A stretch of DNA of 64,000 nt from Bacteroidia bacterium (GCA_016742095.1 JACVCJ010000003.1:11250-75249); one strand, 5' to 3'; positions 8,757-18,620 are shown, counted from the first letter of the stretch. A program made the numbers and translations. Notes: generated by a model from the sequence alone, not told the origin.

Positions 8757-10625
8757 GTGAGAAACAGACTGGTAACCATAAGCGTATTCACGGCAATGCT
8801 GCTGCCCCTGCAGGCACAGACGGATACCCTGCGCACCTTTGTTTTTACCGGGTCCCAGCTGCCGGCATCCATCATTCCCGCCCGCGATTCCTTTTCCACA
8901 CTGGTAAAACAGGCGCTACCCATGGCCAGTATGGCCGAATGGCTGGGACGCGAGAACGGCGTATTCATTAAAAATTACGGGCCGGGCAATATTGCCACCA
9001 TTACACAGCGCGGACTGGGCGCGGCACATACCGCCGTATTATGGCACGGCATCAATATCCAGAACAATACCCTGGGCACCATCGATTTTTCACTGATCCC
9101 CGCCAATGCCTTTTCCGCTTCGGGATGGCAGCCCGGCAACGTCAATTCCCTGGCGGGCGTAAGCGCTACGGGAGGCGCGCTGGTACTGGACCCCGGCGAG
9201 GTACGCGAAAACCAGGTGGGCATTCAGCTGGACGGCGGATCCTTCCTGAATTTCGGGCAGGCGCTGAACCTGCGTTTTACCGCAGGCCGGCATTCCATCG
9301 CCGCCAACGGCTGGCATCGTTATACGAAAAATAATTTTCCCATTCCCCGCTGGCAAGAGATGGGCCTTCCGGAAAAGAACCGTCGCAACGCACAACTGCA
9401 ACAGGGCGGCGCCACCTTCGATTACAGCTACCGCGCCGGCAAGCATATAAAACTGCTCGCCTCCCTCTGGTACGGCAACAGCAAACGCCAGGTGCCCGCA
9501 CCTATATATACCGCCGAACTCAACGCCCGGCAGAACGACCGTTTTGTTCGCGCACTGGCCGGACTGGAAGGCATATACGCAAAACATTCCTTCAGCCTGA
9601 AACAGGCTTTTATGGCCGAAGACCTGTACTATGCCGACGACGGACTGAGCCAGGGTTCCTATTCCGGCTTTTTGCAGTGGATCACCGATGCCCAGTATAA
9701 TTTCCGCATACATAAACACCACCGCCTTTTTGCAGGGGCACAATATACCTACCAGCGCGGGTTCGTGCCCGCTTACCAGGCGCCTTACATAGCGCTGCAC
9801 AACGTAAGTACGGCACTCGGTTATCTATATACGAAACCCGGCAAGGCCGATGTACGGGTATTCCTGCGTCCGGGCTGGTTCGCTTCCCGCTGGTTTGCCC
9901 TGGTGCCCCAGCTGGCCTTTACCCTGCCCTTCCGCCACGGGCTGAGCTTACATATGCAGAGCGGGCGTATCTTCCGGGCCCCTACCCTCAACGACCGCTA
10001 CTGGGTACCCGGCGGGAACCCGACCGTACTGCCGGAAGATGGCGTGGGCGGCGACCTGCAGCTGCAATGGGGAAAAGGACCCTTCAGCCTCAAAGCCGGC
10101 GCTTTTGCCAATTACCTGAAGAACCGCATTCTCTGGATCCCCGACGGCATTTACTGGAGCGTGACCAATATGGACAATACCCTGGCGGCCGGCGCCGAAA
10201 CCCGCCTGCGTTACCTGCAAAGCTGGAAAGAACACACCCTGGATATCACGGGTAACTACACCTATACCTTTACACAGCTGCTGCGCACCTCCGACAGCCT
10301 GCTGAACCGCAAGGCCCTTATCTATACCCCCGCACACCTGGCCTCACTGAGTATCTATTATCGCTGGCGTTTCCTGAGCCTGGGCTATACGCAGCGTTAT
10401 GTGTCCAGGCGTTTTATCACGGCCGACAATAACCAGTTCCTGCCCGGTTATACCACGGCAGATCTTACAGTATCGGCAGAGAAAAAATGGGAAAAACTGA
10501 GCCTGAGCGGTTACGTCACCCTCCAGAACCTTATGGACCAGTATTACGAAGTGGTGGCCCTGCGCCCCATGCCCGGCATACAGGTAACGATCGGAACAAA
10601 TATTTTAATACATATACGAAAATGA
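8757..10625 (+). CDS. btuB: TonB-dependent outer-membrane receptor, BtuB-like (vitamin B12 transporter)
   Basis: Plug and barrel motifs (GPGNIATITQRGLGAAHTAVLWHGINIQN). The GTG at 8757 gives the signal peptide VRNRLVTISVFTAMLLPLQAQ. The alternative ATG at 8685 lies inside the riboswitch expression platform and gives a 25-aa n-region. Stop coordinate is firm. Confidence 0.85.
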   Translation: MRNRLVTISVFTAMLLPLQAQTDTLRTFVFTGSQLPASIIPARDSFSTLVKQALPMASMAEWLGRENGVFIKNYGPGNIATITQRGLGAAHTAVLWHGINIQNNTLGTIDFSLIPANAFSASGWQPGNVNSLAGVSATGGALVLDPGEVRENQVGIQLDGGSFLNFGQALNLRFTAGRHSIAANGWHRYTKNNFPIPRWQEMGLPEKNRRNAQLQQGGATFDYSYRAGKHIKLLASLWYGNSKRQVPAPIYTAELNARQNDRFVRALAGLEGIYAKHSFSLKQAFMAEDLYYADDGLSQGSYSGFLQWITDAQYNFRIHKHHRLFAGAQYTYQRGFVPAYQAPYIALHNVSTALGYLYTKPGKADVRVFLRPGWFASRWFALVPQLAFTLPFRHGLSLHMQSGRIFRAPTLNDRYWVPGGNPTVLPEDGVGGDLQLQWGKGPFSLKAGAFANYLKNRILWIPDGIYWSVTNMDNTLAAGAETRLRYLQSWKEHTLDITGNYTYTFTQLLRTSDSLLNRKALIYTPAHLASLSIYYRWRFLSLGYTQRYVSRRFITADNNQFLPGYTTADLTVSAEKKWEKLSLSGYVTLQNLMDQYYEVVALRPMPGIQVTIGTNILIHIRK

Positions 10626-11560
10626 AGAAAGTAATCTTTACGCTTTTATCTGCCTGTGCCCTGCAGGCCAATGCCCAGCTGGTACAGACGGTGGTGAACT
10701 TCGACAGCGCTCCCCTCGGCCCGGAGAGTTCCATCAATGACAGTACCTTTACCTTCGATGATCTTACCTTTCACAATTACCACGATACAACCGGCTACTG
10801 GTACGGTTTTGCCCTGTCGAATACCACGGACGATACCACGGCGGGCTACGGCAACCAGTATTCCTGTATTTCGGGTTCCGGTGCTGAAAATTCGGCCAAT
10901 TACATGATCTTTTACAACGGCAACCTGGGCATGACCAAAAGCGGCAGCAAGCACTTTTTCTCCATGGATGTGAACAATACCACCCTGGCGGCGCTCAGCA
11001 TGCGCGACGGAGATGCCTTTGCCAAGAAATTCGGCGGAGCCAGCGGTAACGATCCCGACTTCCTGCTGCTGCAGATCGTAGGCTATGCCAACGGCACACA
11101 GGTGGACGACACCATTGATTTTTACCTGGCCGATTTCCGCTTCAGCAACAACGCACAGGACTATATCCTGGACAGCTGGACCACCATCGACCTCAGCAGC
11201 ATTGCCACCGCCGACAGCATTATGTTCTTCTTCCAGTCTTCGGACGTAGGCCAGTGGGGCATAAATACCCCCCTGTATTTTGCGATGGACAATATTAAGC
11301 TCATCACACCGCTTTCCGTGGAAAATGCAGAGACCATCAGCTACAACGTATGGCCGAACCCGGCGCTGAACGAGCTTTTTGTAGAGACCGGCGGAGCGGC
11401 CAGCCTCCAGGTGATCAGCCTCTCCGGGCAGGTAATGACGCAGCAGAACGCGGTTTCTTCCCCGGCCCGTATCGACCTGCAATCGCTGCAGAGCGGCGTA
11501 TATATTCTGAAGACCGAAACCGCGCATGGTTCTGCTTTTACTAAGTTTGTAAAACGATGA
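10622..11560 (+). CDS. T9SS C-terminal-domain cell-surface protein (DUF4465-like) in B12 locus
   Basis: ATGA overlap with btuB. Signal peptide MKKVIFTLLSACALQANAQ. C-terminal WPNPA...YILKTET...KFVKR is a T9SS sorting domain. Family often seen next to btuB in Bacteroidota (recollection). Confidence 0.75.
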   Translation: MKKVIFTLLSACALQANAQLVQTVVNFDSAPLGPESSINDSTFTFDDLTFHNYHDTTGYWYGFALSNTTDDTTAGYGNQYSCISGSGAENSANYMIFYNGNLGMTKSGSKHFFSMDVNNTTLAALSMRDGDAFAKKFGGASGNDPDFLLLQIVGYANGTQVDDTIDFYLADFRFSNNAQDYILDSWTTIDLSSIATADSIMFFFQSSDVGQWGINTPLYFAMDNIKLITPLSVENAETISYNVWPNPALNELFVETGGAASLQVISLSGQVMTQQNAVSSPARIDLQSLQSGVYILKTETAHGSAFTKFVKR

Positions 11561-12522
11561 GATATCTTTTTTTACTTCTATTCTTAAGTACAGCTCTGTT
11601 GACCCGGGCGCAGTTTGCCGCTGCCCCGGGACAGCCGGGCAGTACCGCCATGTACTGGGACAGCAGCGCTTTTACCGGCTGGGCTAACGGGTGTACGGTA
11701 CAACGCGGGTACATAAATATTTCGAACCCTTCCCTCGGCACCGTTGACCTGGGCTCTGAACAGGATGCACTGGGCCTGCCCGACGGCTCTACGGTGATCA
11801 GCCTGGGAGACAGCGGGGTGGCCGTGCTTACTTTTCCCTATCCTATACAGAATGCGGCCGGGCCCGATTTTGCCGTGTTCGAGAACGGGTTCACGAACAA
11901 TTACCTGGAACTGGCCTTTGTGGAAGTAAGTTCTGACGGGGAGCATTTCTTTCGCTTCCCGGCCATATCGCATGTGGATACGCTGACACAGCTCGATAAC
12001 TTTTCGTATAGCGATCTGACCAAAGTGCACAACTTCGCCGGCAAATACCGCGCCCTGTACGGCACACCTTTCGACCTGGACGAAGTACCCGATGATCCCG
12101 CACTGAACAAAAGCGCCGTTACGCATATACGCCTGGTAGACGTAGTGGGCTCCCTGCAGGCGCCTTACCGCAGTTACGACAACGAAGGCCGCCCGGTGAA
12201 CGATCCCTGGCCCACGGAATTTGCTTCCGGCGGATTCGACCTGGATGCCGTGGGCGTAATTCATTTTGCATTCGGCACCGGCGTTGATGAATATACGCAA
12301 AAAAGTGATGAACTGCGCGCATGGCCCAATCCGGCTACAGATCTCATTTATATACAAAATATAGGACCCGGAACTTCGTATACGCTTATCAGTAGTACCG
12401 GTTCGGTTATTCTGAACGGCAGATCAGCCTCCGGCACCCTGCAACTGCAAATGGCTGCGCTGGCTCCGGGTATATACTATTTTAAAACAGCACAACAATG
12501 CATCGCTCTTGTAAAACAGTAA
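11557..12522 (+). CDS. T9SS C-terminal-domain secreted protein (hypothetical) in B12 locus
   Basis: ATGA overlap with the upstream gene. Signal peptide MRYLFLLLFLSTALLTRAQ. C-terminal WPNPATDLIYIQ...YYFKT is T9SS CTD-like. Confidence 0.75.
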   Translation: MRYLFLLLFLSTALLTRAQFAAAPGQPGSTAMYWDSSAFTGWANGCTVQRGYINISNPSLGTVDLGSEQDALGLPDGSTVISLGDSGVAVLTFPYPIQNAAGPDFAVFENGFTNNYLELAFVEVSSDGEHFFRFPAISHVDTLTQLDNFSYSDLTKVHNFAGKYRALYGTPFDLDEVPDDPALNKSAVTHIRLVDVVGSLQAPYRSYDNEGRPVNDPWPTEFASGGFDLDAVGVIHFAFGTGVDEYTQKSDELRAWPNPATDLIYIQNIGPGTSYTLISSTGSVILNGRSASGTLQLQMAALAPGIYYFKTAQQCIALVKQ

Positions 12523-13532
12523 GCTTCTGGGCCGCCGTGCTCAGCCTCGTACTTGTGTCCTGCGGCAAGGAAAAACCGCCCGTGACCGAGTTACCTTCGG
12601 AAACAGACGCGCAGGGCGTGGTTATTCTCTGCGAGGGGAATTTCGGGATGGCCAATGCCCGTATCGACTATTATGACAAATCGGACGGCGCTTTTTATGC
12701 AAACGTATTCACGGCAAAGAACAACCGCCCCCTGGGCGATGTGGTGCAAAGCGCCCTGATGCTGGACCAGAGCCTGTACGTGGTGGTAAACAATTCCGGC
12801 AAGATCGAGAAAATGAGCCGCAGCGATTTTAAATCGGAACAGACCGCCACGGGTTTTATGAGTCCGCGTTTTATCCTGCCCGTAAATGCCACAACCGCTT
12901 ATGTGAGCGACCTGTATGCCGATAAGCTGTACGTGGTAGGTCTGCCCGGCATGAACATCACCGGATCGGTAAGCCTGCCCGGCTGGACCGAAGAAATGGT
13001 GCTTGCCGAAGGGAAAGTCTTTGTATGCAACTACGAAAAAAATTACGTATATGTAATAAATACCCAGCAGCACAGCGTTACAGACAGTATTTTTACCGGC
13101 AGTACGCCCGGTTCGGTGGTGAAGGATAAATACGGTAAGCTGTGGGCGCTCTGCGGCGGAAACCTGGGCCAGACCTCCGCTTCGAAGCTGGTACAGATCG
13201 ATCCGGCCACGCATACCATACTGCAGAATATTACGCTGGATGCACAGGGTGCTTTTAAAATACGCATCAACCAGGCCGGGGAACGCCTGTATTTCCTCGG
13301 AAGCAACAAAATTTACACCATGGGCGTTTCGGAAAGTACACCGCAGGTCTTCTTCGGTGAAAGCGGCCATAACTGGTACGGATTGCGGGTAGACCCCCAG
13401 ACGGGTCATATCTGGGCGGCAGACGCTCTTTCCTACAACCAGGATGGCAAAGTGTATATACTAAAACCCGACGGAAGCCTGGACAGGTCTGTGACAACAG
13501 GCGTTATTCCTACGGATTTTCTATTCTATTAA
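12498..13532 (+). CDS. YncE-family beta-propeller surface lipoprotein, BtuG-like
   Basis: Lipoprotein signal ...VLSLVLVSCGKEK. Repeated beta-propeller blades. Overlaps the upstream gene by 25 nt. Position after btuB matches the Bacteroidetes BtuG arrangement. Confidence 0.75.
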   Translation: MHRSCKTVSFWAAVLSLVLVSCGKEKPPVTELPSETDAQGVVILCEGNFGMANARIDYYDKSDGAFYANVFTAKNNRPLGDVVQSALMLDQSLYVVVNNSGKIEKMSRSDFKSEQTATGFMSPRFILPVNATTAYVSDLYADKLYVVGLPGMNITGSVSLPGWTEEMVLAEGKVFVCNYEKNYVYVINTQQHSVTDSIFTGSTPGSVVKDKYGKLWALCGGNLGQTSASKLVQIDPATHTILQNITLDAQGAFKIRINQAGERLYFLGSNKIYTMGVSESTPQVFFGESGHNWYGLRVDPQTGHIWAADALSYNQDGKVYILKPDGSLDRSVTTGVIPTDFLFY

Positions 13533-14126
13533 TATCCGTTTTTCCGGCGGACAATAACGCAGTAATCCCTCTTTAAGGACCTGCATATACTGTGTGTCAA
13601 TATCTATCTCCCGCGAGGCAGAACTTTTTACGTGTATACTAAATATACTTCGTTTAACGTCGGCCCTCAGCATTTTAAGCTGTTCCCATGAATATACGCC
13701 GAAAAAGGCTTTAGGGCAGTAGAGGCTTTGTGCGTCGAAAAGCAGCCCGTTATTATACTCCGGGAAGGCCTTAAATAGTATATACATCAGGCCAAAGCCG
13801 GCTATATTCAGCAGGTGGATCTTATTGACCGGTTCCTCGGATACGTAATTCAGCACAGCGAAGAAGACCGAAACGATCAATAGCACCATAAAGGCGTAAT
13901 GGTCCATATAGCTTTTACCGGCGGGTATAATGTACAGGCTGCCTGATCTTTTCTGTACACGCATGTACAAAAACAGGGCCGTATAGGCCAGCAGGAAAAA
14001 GAGGTACCCTGCCCCGAAACTAAAAACAGGGATGAAATGCCGGTCCCCGGAGAACAGAATTCCGGCGAAGTACAGCAATACCAGCAGCATAAGAAGACGT
14101 TTTACCCGGACCACAGTGCGCAGCAT
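13521..14126 (-). CDS. hypothetical membrane protein
   Basis: Several predicted TM helices. Convergent 12-nt overlap with the BtuG-like gene. Confidence 0.6.
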   Translation of the reverse strand: MLRTVVRVKRLLMLLVLLYFAGILFSGDRHFIPVFSFGAGYLFFLLAYTALFLYMRVQKRSGSLYIIPAGKSYMDHYAFMVLLIVSVFFAVLNYVSEEPVNKIHLLNIAGFGLMYILFKAFPEYNNGLLFDAQSLYCPKAFFGVYSWEQLKMLRADVKRSIFSIHVKSSASREIDIDTQYMQVLKEGLLRYCPPEKRILIE

Positions 14127-14188
14127 ATAGCTAAAATACGGCTATTTCCGGAAACCGGATGACTTCTGCTTTAATAATGTGTTCGTTT

Positions 14189-15115
14189 TCAGAGCGTATA
14201 TGCTTCGCGGAAATCGTGCACCAGCGCCACGGCACCCAGTATGGCTGCATCGTGCTCGGGCAGTGCCGAAGGCAGTATCTGCACAGTGCCCTTGAATATC
14301 TGCTGCAGGTTCTCTTCGAAATACTTTATGGTACCCGGGAAAATAAATTCCGTGGCATGGGAAAGTCCGCCGAAAAGGTATATGCATTCCGGCGAAGTGA
14401 CCGCTACGCTGTTGGCCAGCAGCAGGCCCAGGTGACGGCAGGTGATATCGAAGGCCTCGACAGCCTCCGCTTCGCCCTCGCGGGCTTTTTCGTATATGAA
14501 TCGTGAGGTGTGGTTCTCGTTTTCCCCGGTAAGTTCCCGGTAGGTGCGTACCAGGCCCGTTGCCGAACAGTAGGTCTCGGAGCAGCCTTTACGTCCGCAT
14601 CCGCAGTCCCTTCCGCCGGGATACATGATCACGTGGCCCAGTTCCCCGGCAAAACCGCTGTGCCCGTACAGGATCTTCCCGTCGGTCACAATTCCGCTGC
14701 CCAGCCCGGTACCGAGCGTAATAAAGAGAAATTCCTTTTTATTGCCTGCCGAGCCGAAACGCATTTCGCCCAGGGCGGCCGCATTGGCGTCATTGGTAAG
14801 CTGCACGGGACATTTCAGGCGGGCGGCCGTAAGTTCGGCAAAAGGTACGATGCCTTTCCAGGTAAGGTTGGGCGCGTGTTCTATGCAGCCCGACCAGATA
14901 TTGCCGTTGGGCGCGCCGATACCGCAGGCCATCAGGCGGCCTTTGAGACCCTGTACCTTGGCCTGTATCCATACGCTCAGTGCACGGATCAGTTCATGCG
15001 GCTCGGGAGAGGTGCCCGTAAGAAAGGTGTTTTTGTACACGATCCTGCCGGATGCATCTACCAGGCCCACCTGTGTGGTGGTTCCGCCTACATCGATCCC
15101 TGCCCAAAGTTCCAT
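14189..15115 (-). CDS. ROK family glucokinase
   Basis: MELWAGIDVGGTTTQVGLVD..., GTGLGSGIV, and Cys/His zinc motif CGCGRKGCSETYCS. Confidence 0.85.
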   Translation of the reverse strand: MELWAGIDVGGTTTQVGLVDASGRIVYKNTFLTGTSPEPHELIRALSVWIQAKVQGLKGRLMACGIGAPNGNIWSGCIEHAPNLTWKGIVPFAELTAARLKCPVQLTNDANAAALGEMRFGSAGNKKEFLFITLGTGLGSGIVTDGKILYGHSGFAGELGHVIMYPGGRDCGCGRKGCSETYCSATGLVRTYRELTGENENHTSRFIYEKAREGEAEAVEAFDITCRHLGLLLANSVAVTSPECIYLFGGLSHATEFIFPGTIKYFEENLQQIFKGTVQILPSALPEHDAAILGAVALVHDFREAYTL

Positions 15116-15149
15116 TTTCCCGAATTTTGTTCCAAAAGTAAAAAGGATA

Positions 15150-16553
15150 TCAGAGTTTTACACCTTGTTTTTGCAGAATTCTTTTCACGGAAACGGCATA
15201 AAAGGCCAGGTAGGCAAAACAGATAATGCCCATAACGTAGGAATAGCGTATGCCCAGGAAATTTTCGGAGGCCAGTACGCCCTGCATCAGGGAGATCCAG
15301 CCGCCGCCCATGATCATCATTACCAGGAAGGACGAACCCTGGTTGGCCGCTTTGCCCAGTCCGGCAATGGCCAGGGTAAAAATACAGGGCCAGAGCGTAG
15401 AGCAGAACAGGCCTACCGAAATAAAGGCGAATACCGAGATATAGGGATCGGGACTGAACATGCCCAGCAGCAGTGCCGCAATACCCAGCCCGCTGTACAA
15501 AAGCAGCTGCCGGGCCGCATTGCCCCTACTGATGAGATTGGCGACGATCAGTACTACGATCACCAGGGGATACCACATGAACATGCTCACGTCCTTACCG
15601 GCAATGAGATTGGCTACGATAAACAGGCCGAAAGCAGCAAAAGGCAATACCAGGCCCAGGATCTTCCTGGCCATGGACGAAAGGGAGAACGCATCGGCGG
15701 CGGCCGTCCATCGACCGATCATAAGGCTGCCCCAGAACAGGGCCACAAAGGGCGCTACGTCGCCTTCGCTGTAACCCAGTTCGTGTTTCATGAATTCGGG
15801 CAGGTTGGCCGCTGTGGACACTTCCACGCCCACGTATAAAAAAATGGCCGGCATACCCAGCAACAGCTGTGTGTAGTTCCAGGCCTTTTTCCCGCTGACT
15901 GCCGTGCCGGGTTCTTCCGTTTCTGCACGCTGCTCCGGGATACGTGATACGTAAAACACAACAGCGGCAATAACAAACAATACGCCCAGGGCCAGGTAAG
16001 GTATCTTAACGGATGATATTTCGATGGCGGCCGCATCCACGCCGGATGAGGAGCCGAATATGGCATAATTGATGATGAGCGGGGCAATGGTGGTACCTAT
16101 ATTGTTTACGCCGCCTGCCAGGGAAAGGCGTTTGTTACCGTCGGCCGGGTCGCCGATGATGACGGCCAGCGTATTGGCGGCGGTCTGTTGCAACGAAAAA
16201 CCCAGGGCCACGATAAACAGGCCGGCCAGGGTAAGTCCAAAGGAAACGTATTCGGCAGCCGGGTAGAACAGCAGGGTCCCCAGGGCGGAGACGACCAGTC
16301 CGAAGGAAATACCTTTTTTATAGCCGATGGCGTGCAGCACGTCTTTTTTAAGCAGGGCCGATATCAGCAGGTAAATAATGGAACCCGCGGTGTAGCCGAT
16401 ATAGAACACCCAGGCGATCATCATCGACTGCGACTGGCTCAGGTCCAGCTTGGCCTTGAAAACGGGGATCAGTATATCGTTCCCGGCCGCTACAAAGCCC
16501 CAGAAAAAGAAAACGGAAATAAGAGTGACGAGTGCACGGCTGTTTGTCTTCAT
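15150..16553 (-). CDS. MFS sugar transporter (glucose/galactose, FucP-type)
   Basis: 467 aa with 12 TM segments. FucP/GluP-like. Upstream of the ROK kinase on the same strand. Confidence 0.85.
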   Translation of the reverse strand: MKTNSRALVTLISVFFFWGFVAAGNDILIPVFKAKLDLSQSQSMMIAWVFYIGYTAGSIIYLLISALLKKDVLHAIGYKKGISFGLVVSALGTLLFYPAAEYVSFGLTLAGLFIVALGFSLQQTAANTLAVIIGDPADGNKRLSLAGGVNNIGTTIAPLIINYAIFGSSSGVDAAAIEISSVKIPYLALGVLFVIAAVVFYVSRIPEQRAETEEPGTAVSGKKAWNYTQLLLGMPAIFLYVGVEVSTAANLPEFMKHELGYSEGDVAPFVALFWGSLMIGRWTAAADAFSLSSMARKILGLVLPFAAFGLFIVANLIAGKDVSMFMWYPLVIVVLIVANLISRGNAARQLLLYSGLGIAALLLGMFSPDPYISVFAFISVGLFCSTLWPCIFTLAIAGLGKAANQGSSFLVMMIMGGGWISLMQGVLASENFLGIRYSYVMGIICFAYLAFYAVSVKRILQKQGVKL

Positions 16554-16710
16554 GCAGATGTGTTTCGATGTAGCACAAAGAAAGAAATTTTCCGGATATA
16601 AGTTCCGGGCGAAGAGTAATGAGCAAGGACTTTATAGTCAGAAACCTCCGGCCGGATCCGTTTCCTCACTCTTTTACCGGACTCTTTACTCCAACCTCAT
16701 TCCTCTTTAC

Positions 16711-17136
16711 TTACTTTATCTCCACCCCCAGCTCTTCGCTGAAGAAAAAGAACACGATGGCGGCTATCCATTCGCGGCGTATGGCCATAGGCGCTTCACC
16801 GATCTTGCTGTAGCCGATGTAGATATCCCCGTCGTTCTCAATATAGCCTACTTTGTTGTATCCTTTATATACATCGCCGTCGTTCTCGATGTAACCGGCC
16901 TTGCTGTAACCTACGTAAATATCGCCGTCGTTTTCAATGTAACCTACCTTATTATAGCCTTTATATACATCGCCGTCGCTTTCGATATAGCCGACCTTGT
17001 TGTAACCGATGTAGATGTCGCCGTCCATTTCGATCTCGCCCTTGCGATTGTTGTTAATGTACAGGTACTGTGCAGAGGCAAAGGAGATACTGCTGCAGCT
17101 GAGCAGTATAAAAAAAATCAACTTCATACAGATCAT
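16711..17136 (-). CDS. small secreted repeat protein (5 x 16-aa GYIExDGDxYxGYxKx repeats, hydrophobic C-tail)
   Basis: Signal peptide MICMKLIFFILLSCSSISFASAQ. Five tandem 16-aa repeats. C-terminus REWIAAIVFFFFSEELGVEIK. Paralog of the next gene. Confidence 0.6.
   Translation of the reverse strand: MICMKLIFFILLSCSSISFASAQYLYINNNRKGEIEMDGDIYIGYNKVGYIESDGDVYKGYNKVGYIENDGDIYVGYSKAGYIENDGDVYKGYNKVGYIENDGDIYIGYSKIGEAPMAIRREWIAAIVFFFFSEELGVEIK
16795..17046. repeat. 48-nt tandem coding repeats (x5) inside repeat-protein gene 1
   Basis: Near-identical 48-nt units visible directly in the DNA (GATGTA..ATCGCCGTCG..TTC..ATGTAACC...). Confidence 0.7.
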
Positions 17137-17223
17137 TATTAAAACCGTTTAAAAACAGAGTCCGTCCCTTTACTACGGACTCTCCTCTCTGAATCCCGCA
17201 CCCGGTCAGCTGTACGTTTTTCG

Positions 17224-17628
17224 TTACAGTCCCAGGTCGGAACTGAAAAAGAAGAACACCACAGCGGCTACCCATTCTCTCTTGGTAGAGGAAGAGGCCT
17301 GGCCGATCTTACTGCCGTTCTTGTAGATGTCGCCATCGCCCTCGATGTAACCGATCTTGCTGCCATTCTTGTACACGTCGCCGTCACTTTCCACGTAACC
17401 GGCCTTGCTGCCGTCCACGTAAATATCGCCGTCGTTCTCGATATAGCCTTTTTTGCTGCCGTTCACGTATACGTCGCCGTCACCTTCGATGTAACCTTTC
17501 TTGCTGCCGTTGATGTACACATCGCCGTCGCTTTCGATCTCACCTTTTTTACTGCCGTTGATGTACAGGCTCTGGGCCGATGCATAGCTCATGCTACTGC
17601 AGATCAGAATTGATAGGATCCATTTCAT
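17224..17628 (-). CDS. small secreted repeat protein (5 x 16-aa GYIExDGDxYxNGSKx repeats, hydrophobic C-tail), paralog
   Basis: Start taken at MKWILSILICSSMSYASAQ (17628; an alternative start exists at 17655). Same repeat architecture. C-terminus REWVAAVVFFFFSSDLGL. Confidence 0.6.
   Translation of the reverse strand: MKWILSILICSSMSYASAQSLYINGSKKGEIESDGDVYINGSKKGYIEGDGDVYVNGSKKGYIENDGDIYVDGSKAGYVESDGDVYKNGSKIGYIEGDGDIYKNGSKIGQASSSTKREWVAAVVFFFFSSDLGL
17304..17550. repeat. 48-nt tandem coding repeats (x5) inside repeat-protein gene 2
   Basis: Same periodic structure as in 16795-17046. Confidence 0.7.
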
Positions 17629-17680
17629 ATGATTGTTGTTTTTTAAGTTGCTCAAATGTACACAAAAGCGAACAGCAGCT

Positions 17681-18616
17681 TCAGAAATAACGCTTTTTTA
17701 AGAATCCGTTCTCCGGCCGGATCACGAAATACACCCCGGCAAAAATAAGCAGTCCGCCCGCCACCAGGGGCAGCGAAAGCCGGTCTTTGCCCAGGTACAG
17801 GGCCAGCAGGGCGGCCACCATAGGCTGCAGGTATACGTATACGCTCACCTGGAAGGGCTGCAGGCGTTTCAGCGCGAGGATACTGGCCAGGTAGGCAAAA
17901 TAGGTGACCGCCAGCACGGTAAACAGCAGTCCCCACCATACATGTTCGGGGAAACCGCTCCATTCGATCTGCCGGAATTGTCCGTACGAAAAAGGTAACA
18001 CAAAGCAGATACCAAAGACAAAGTTCCAGAAGATGACCACCAGCGGGTTGTATTTCTGCATGAGCGGTTTGGCCAGGGCCAGGTAAATGGCATAGGAAAG
18101 TGCGTTGAGGAACACCATCAGGTTGCCCAGGTGCGTATCGCCTGAAAAATCGCCCGCCCCGCGGGAAAGTACGATGAGTCCCACGGCACCGATGCCCCCG
18201 GTGATCATTCCGGCCCATTTGAGCACACCAGCGCGTTGTTTCAGCAGCACCAGTGAAACCAGCAGGGTAAGCAGGGGATTGGAGGTAAAAATAAGCGCCG
18301 CATTGATGGGCGTGGTATAATTAAGGCCTTCGTAAAAAAGCAGCTGGTTCATGGCCACCCCGGTAAGTCCGCACAGGATAAAACGGGGCAGATCGCTGCG
18401 TTCAGGCCAGAGGGCGGTATTTTCCAGGAAGCGGCTTTTACAGATGCGCAGCAGTACCAGGGTAATTCCAAAGAGCAGGGCTGCGGCCAGCACCCGGATC
18501 AGGATCAGGGCCGAAGGGCCCACGTACAGCGGCATAATTTCCTTGGCGACCAGGAAATTGACCCCGTAAAAAACGTTTACGAGTATCAGCAGTATATGCG
18601 GCCAGAAGCGGAACAT
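17681..18616 (-). CDS. EamA/DMT family transporter
   Basis: 10 TM helices in two EamA halves. Start set at ATG 18616 (MFRFWPH...). The ORF-track start at 18667 is TTG and runs into the intergenic repeat. Confidence 0.8.
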   Translation of the reverse strand: MFRFWPHILLILVNVFYGVNFLVAKEIMPLYVGPSALILIRVLAAALLFGITLVLLRICKSRFLENTALWPERSDLPRFILCGLTGVAMNQLLFYEGLNYTTPINAALIFTSNPLLTLLVSLVLLKQRAGVLKWAGMITGGIGAVGLIVLSRGAGDFSGDTHLGNLMVFLNALSYAIYLALAKPLMQKYNPLVVIFWNFVFGICFVLPFSYGQFRQIEWSGFPEHVWWGLLFTVLAVTYFAYLASILALKRLQPFQVSVYVYLQPMVAALLALYLGKDRLSLPLVAGGLLIFAGVYFVIRPENGFLKKRYF

Positions 18617-18620
18617 GGCG

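Noticed and set aside
16795-17550. Regularly spaced 48-nt repeats as a CRISPR-like array
   Set aside because: The repeats are contiguous (no spacers), in frame, and encode the 16-aa protein repeats of two signal-peptide proteins.
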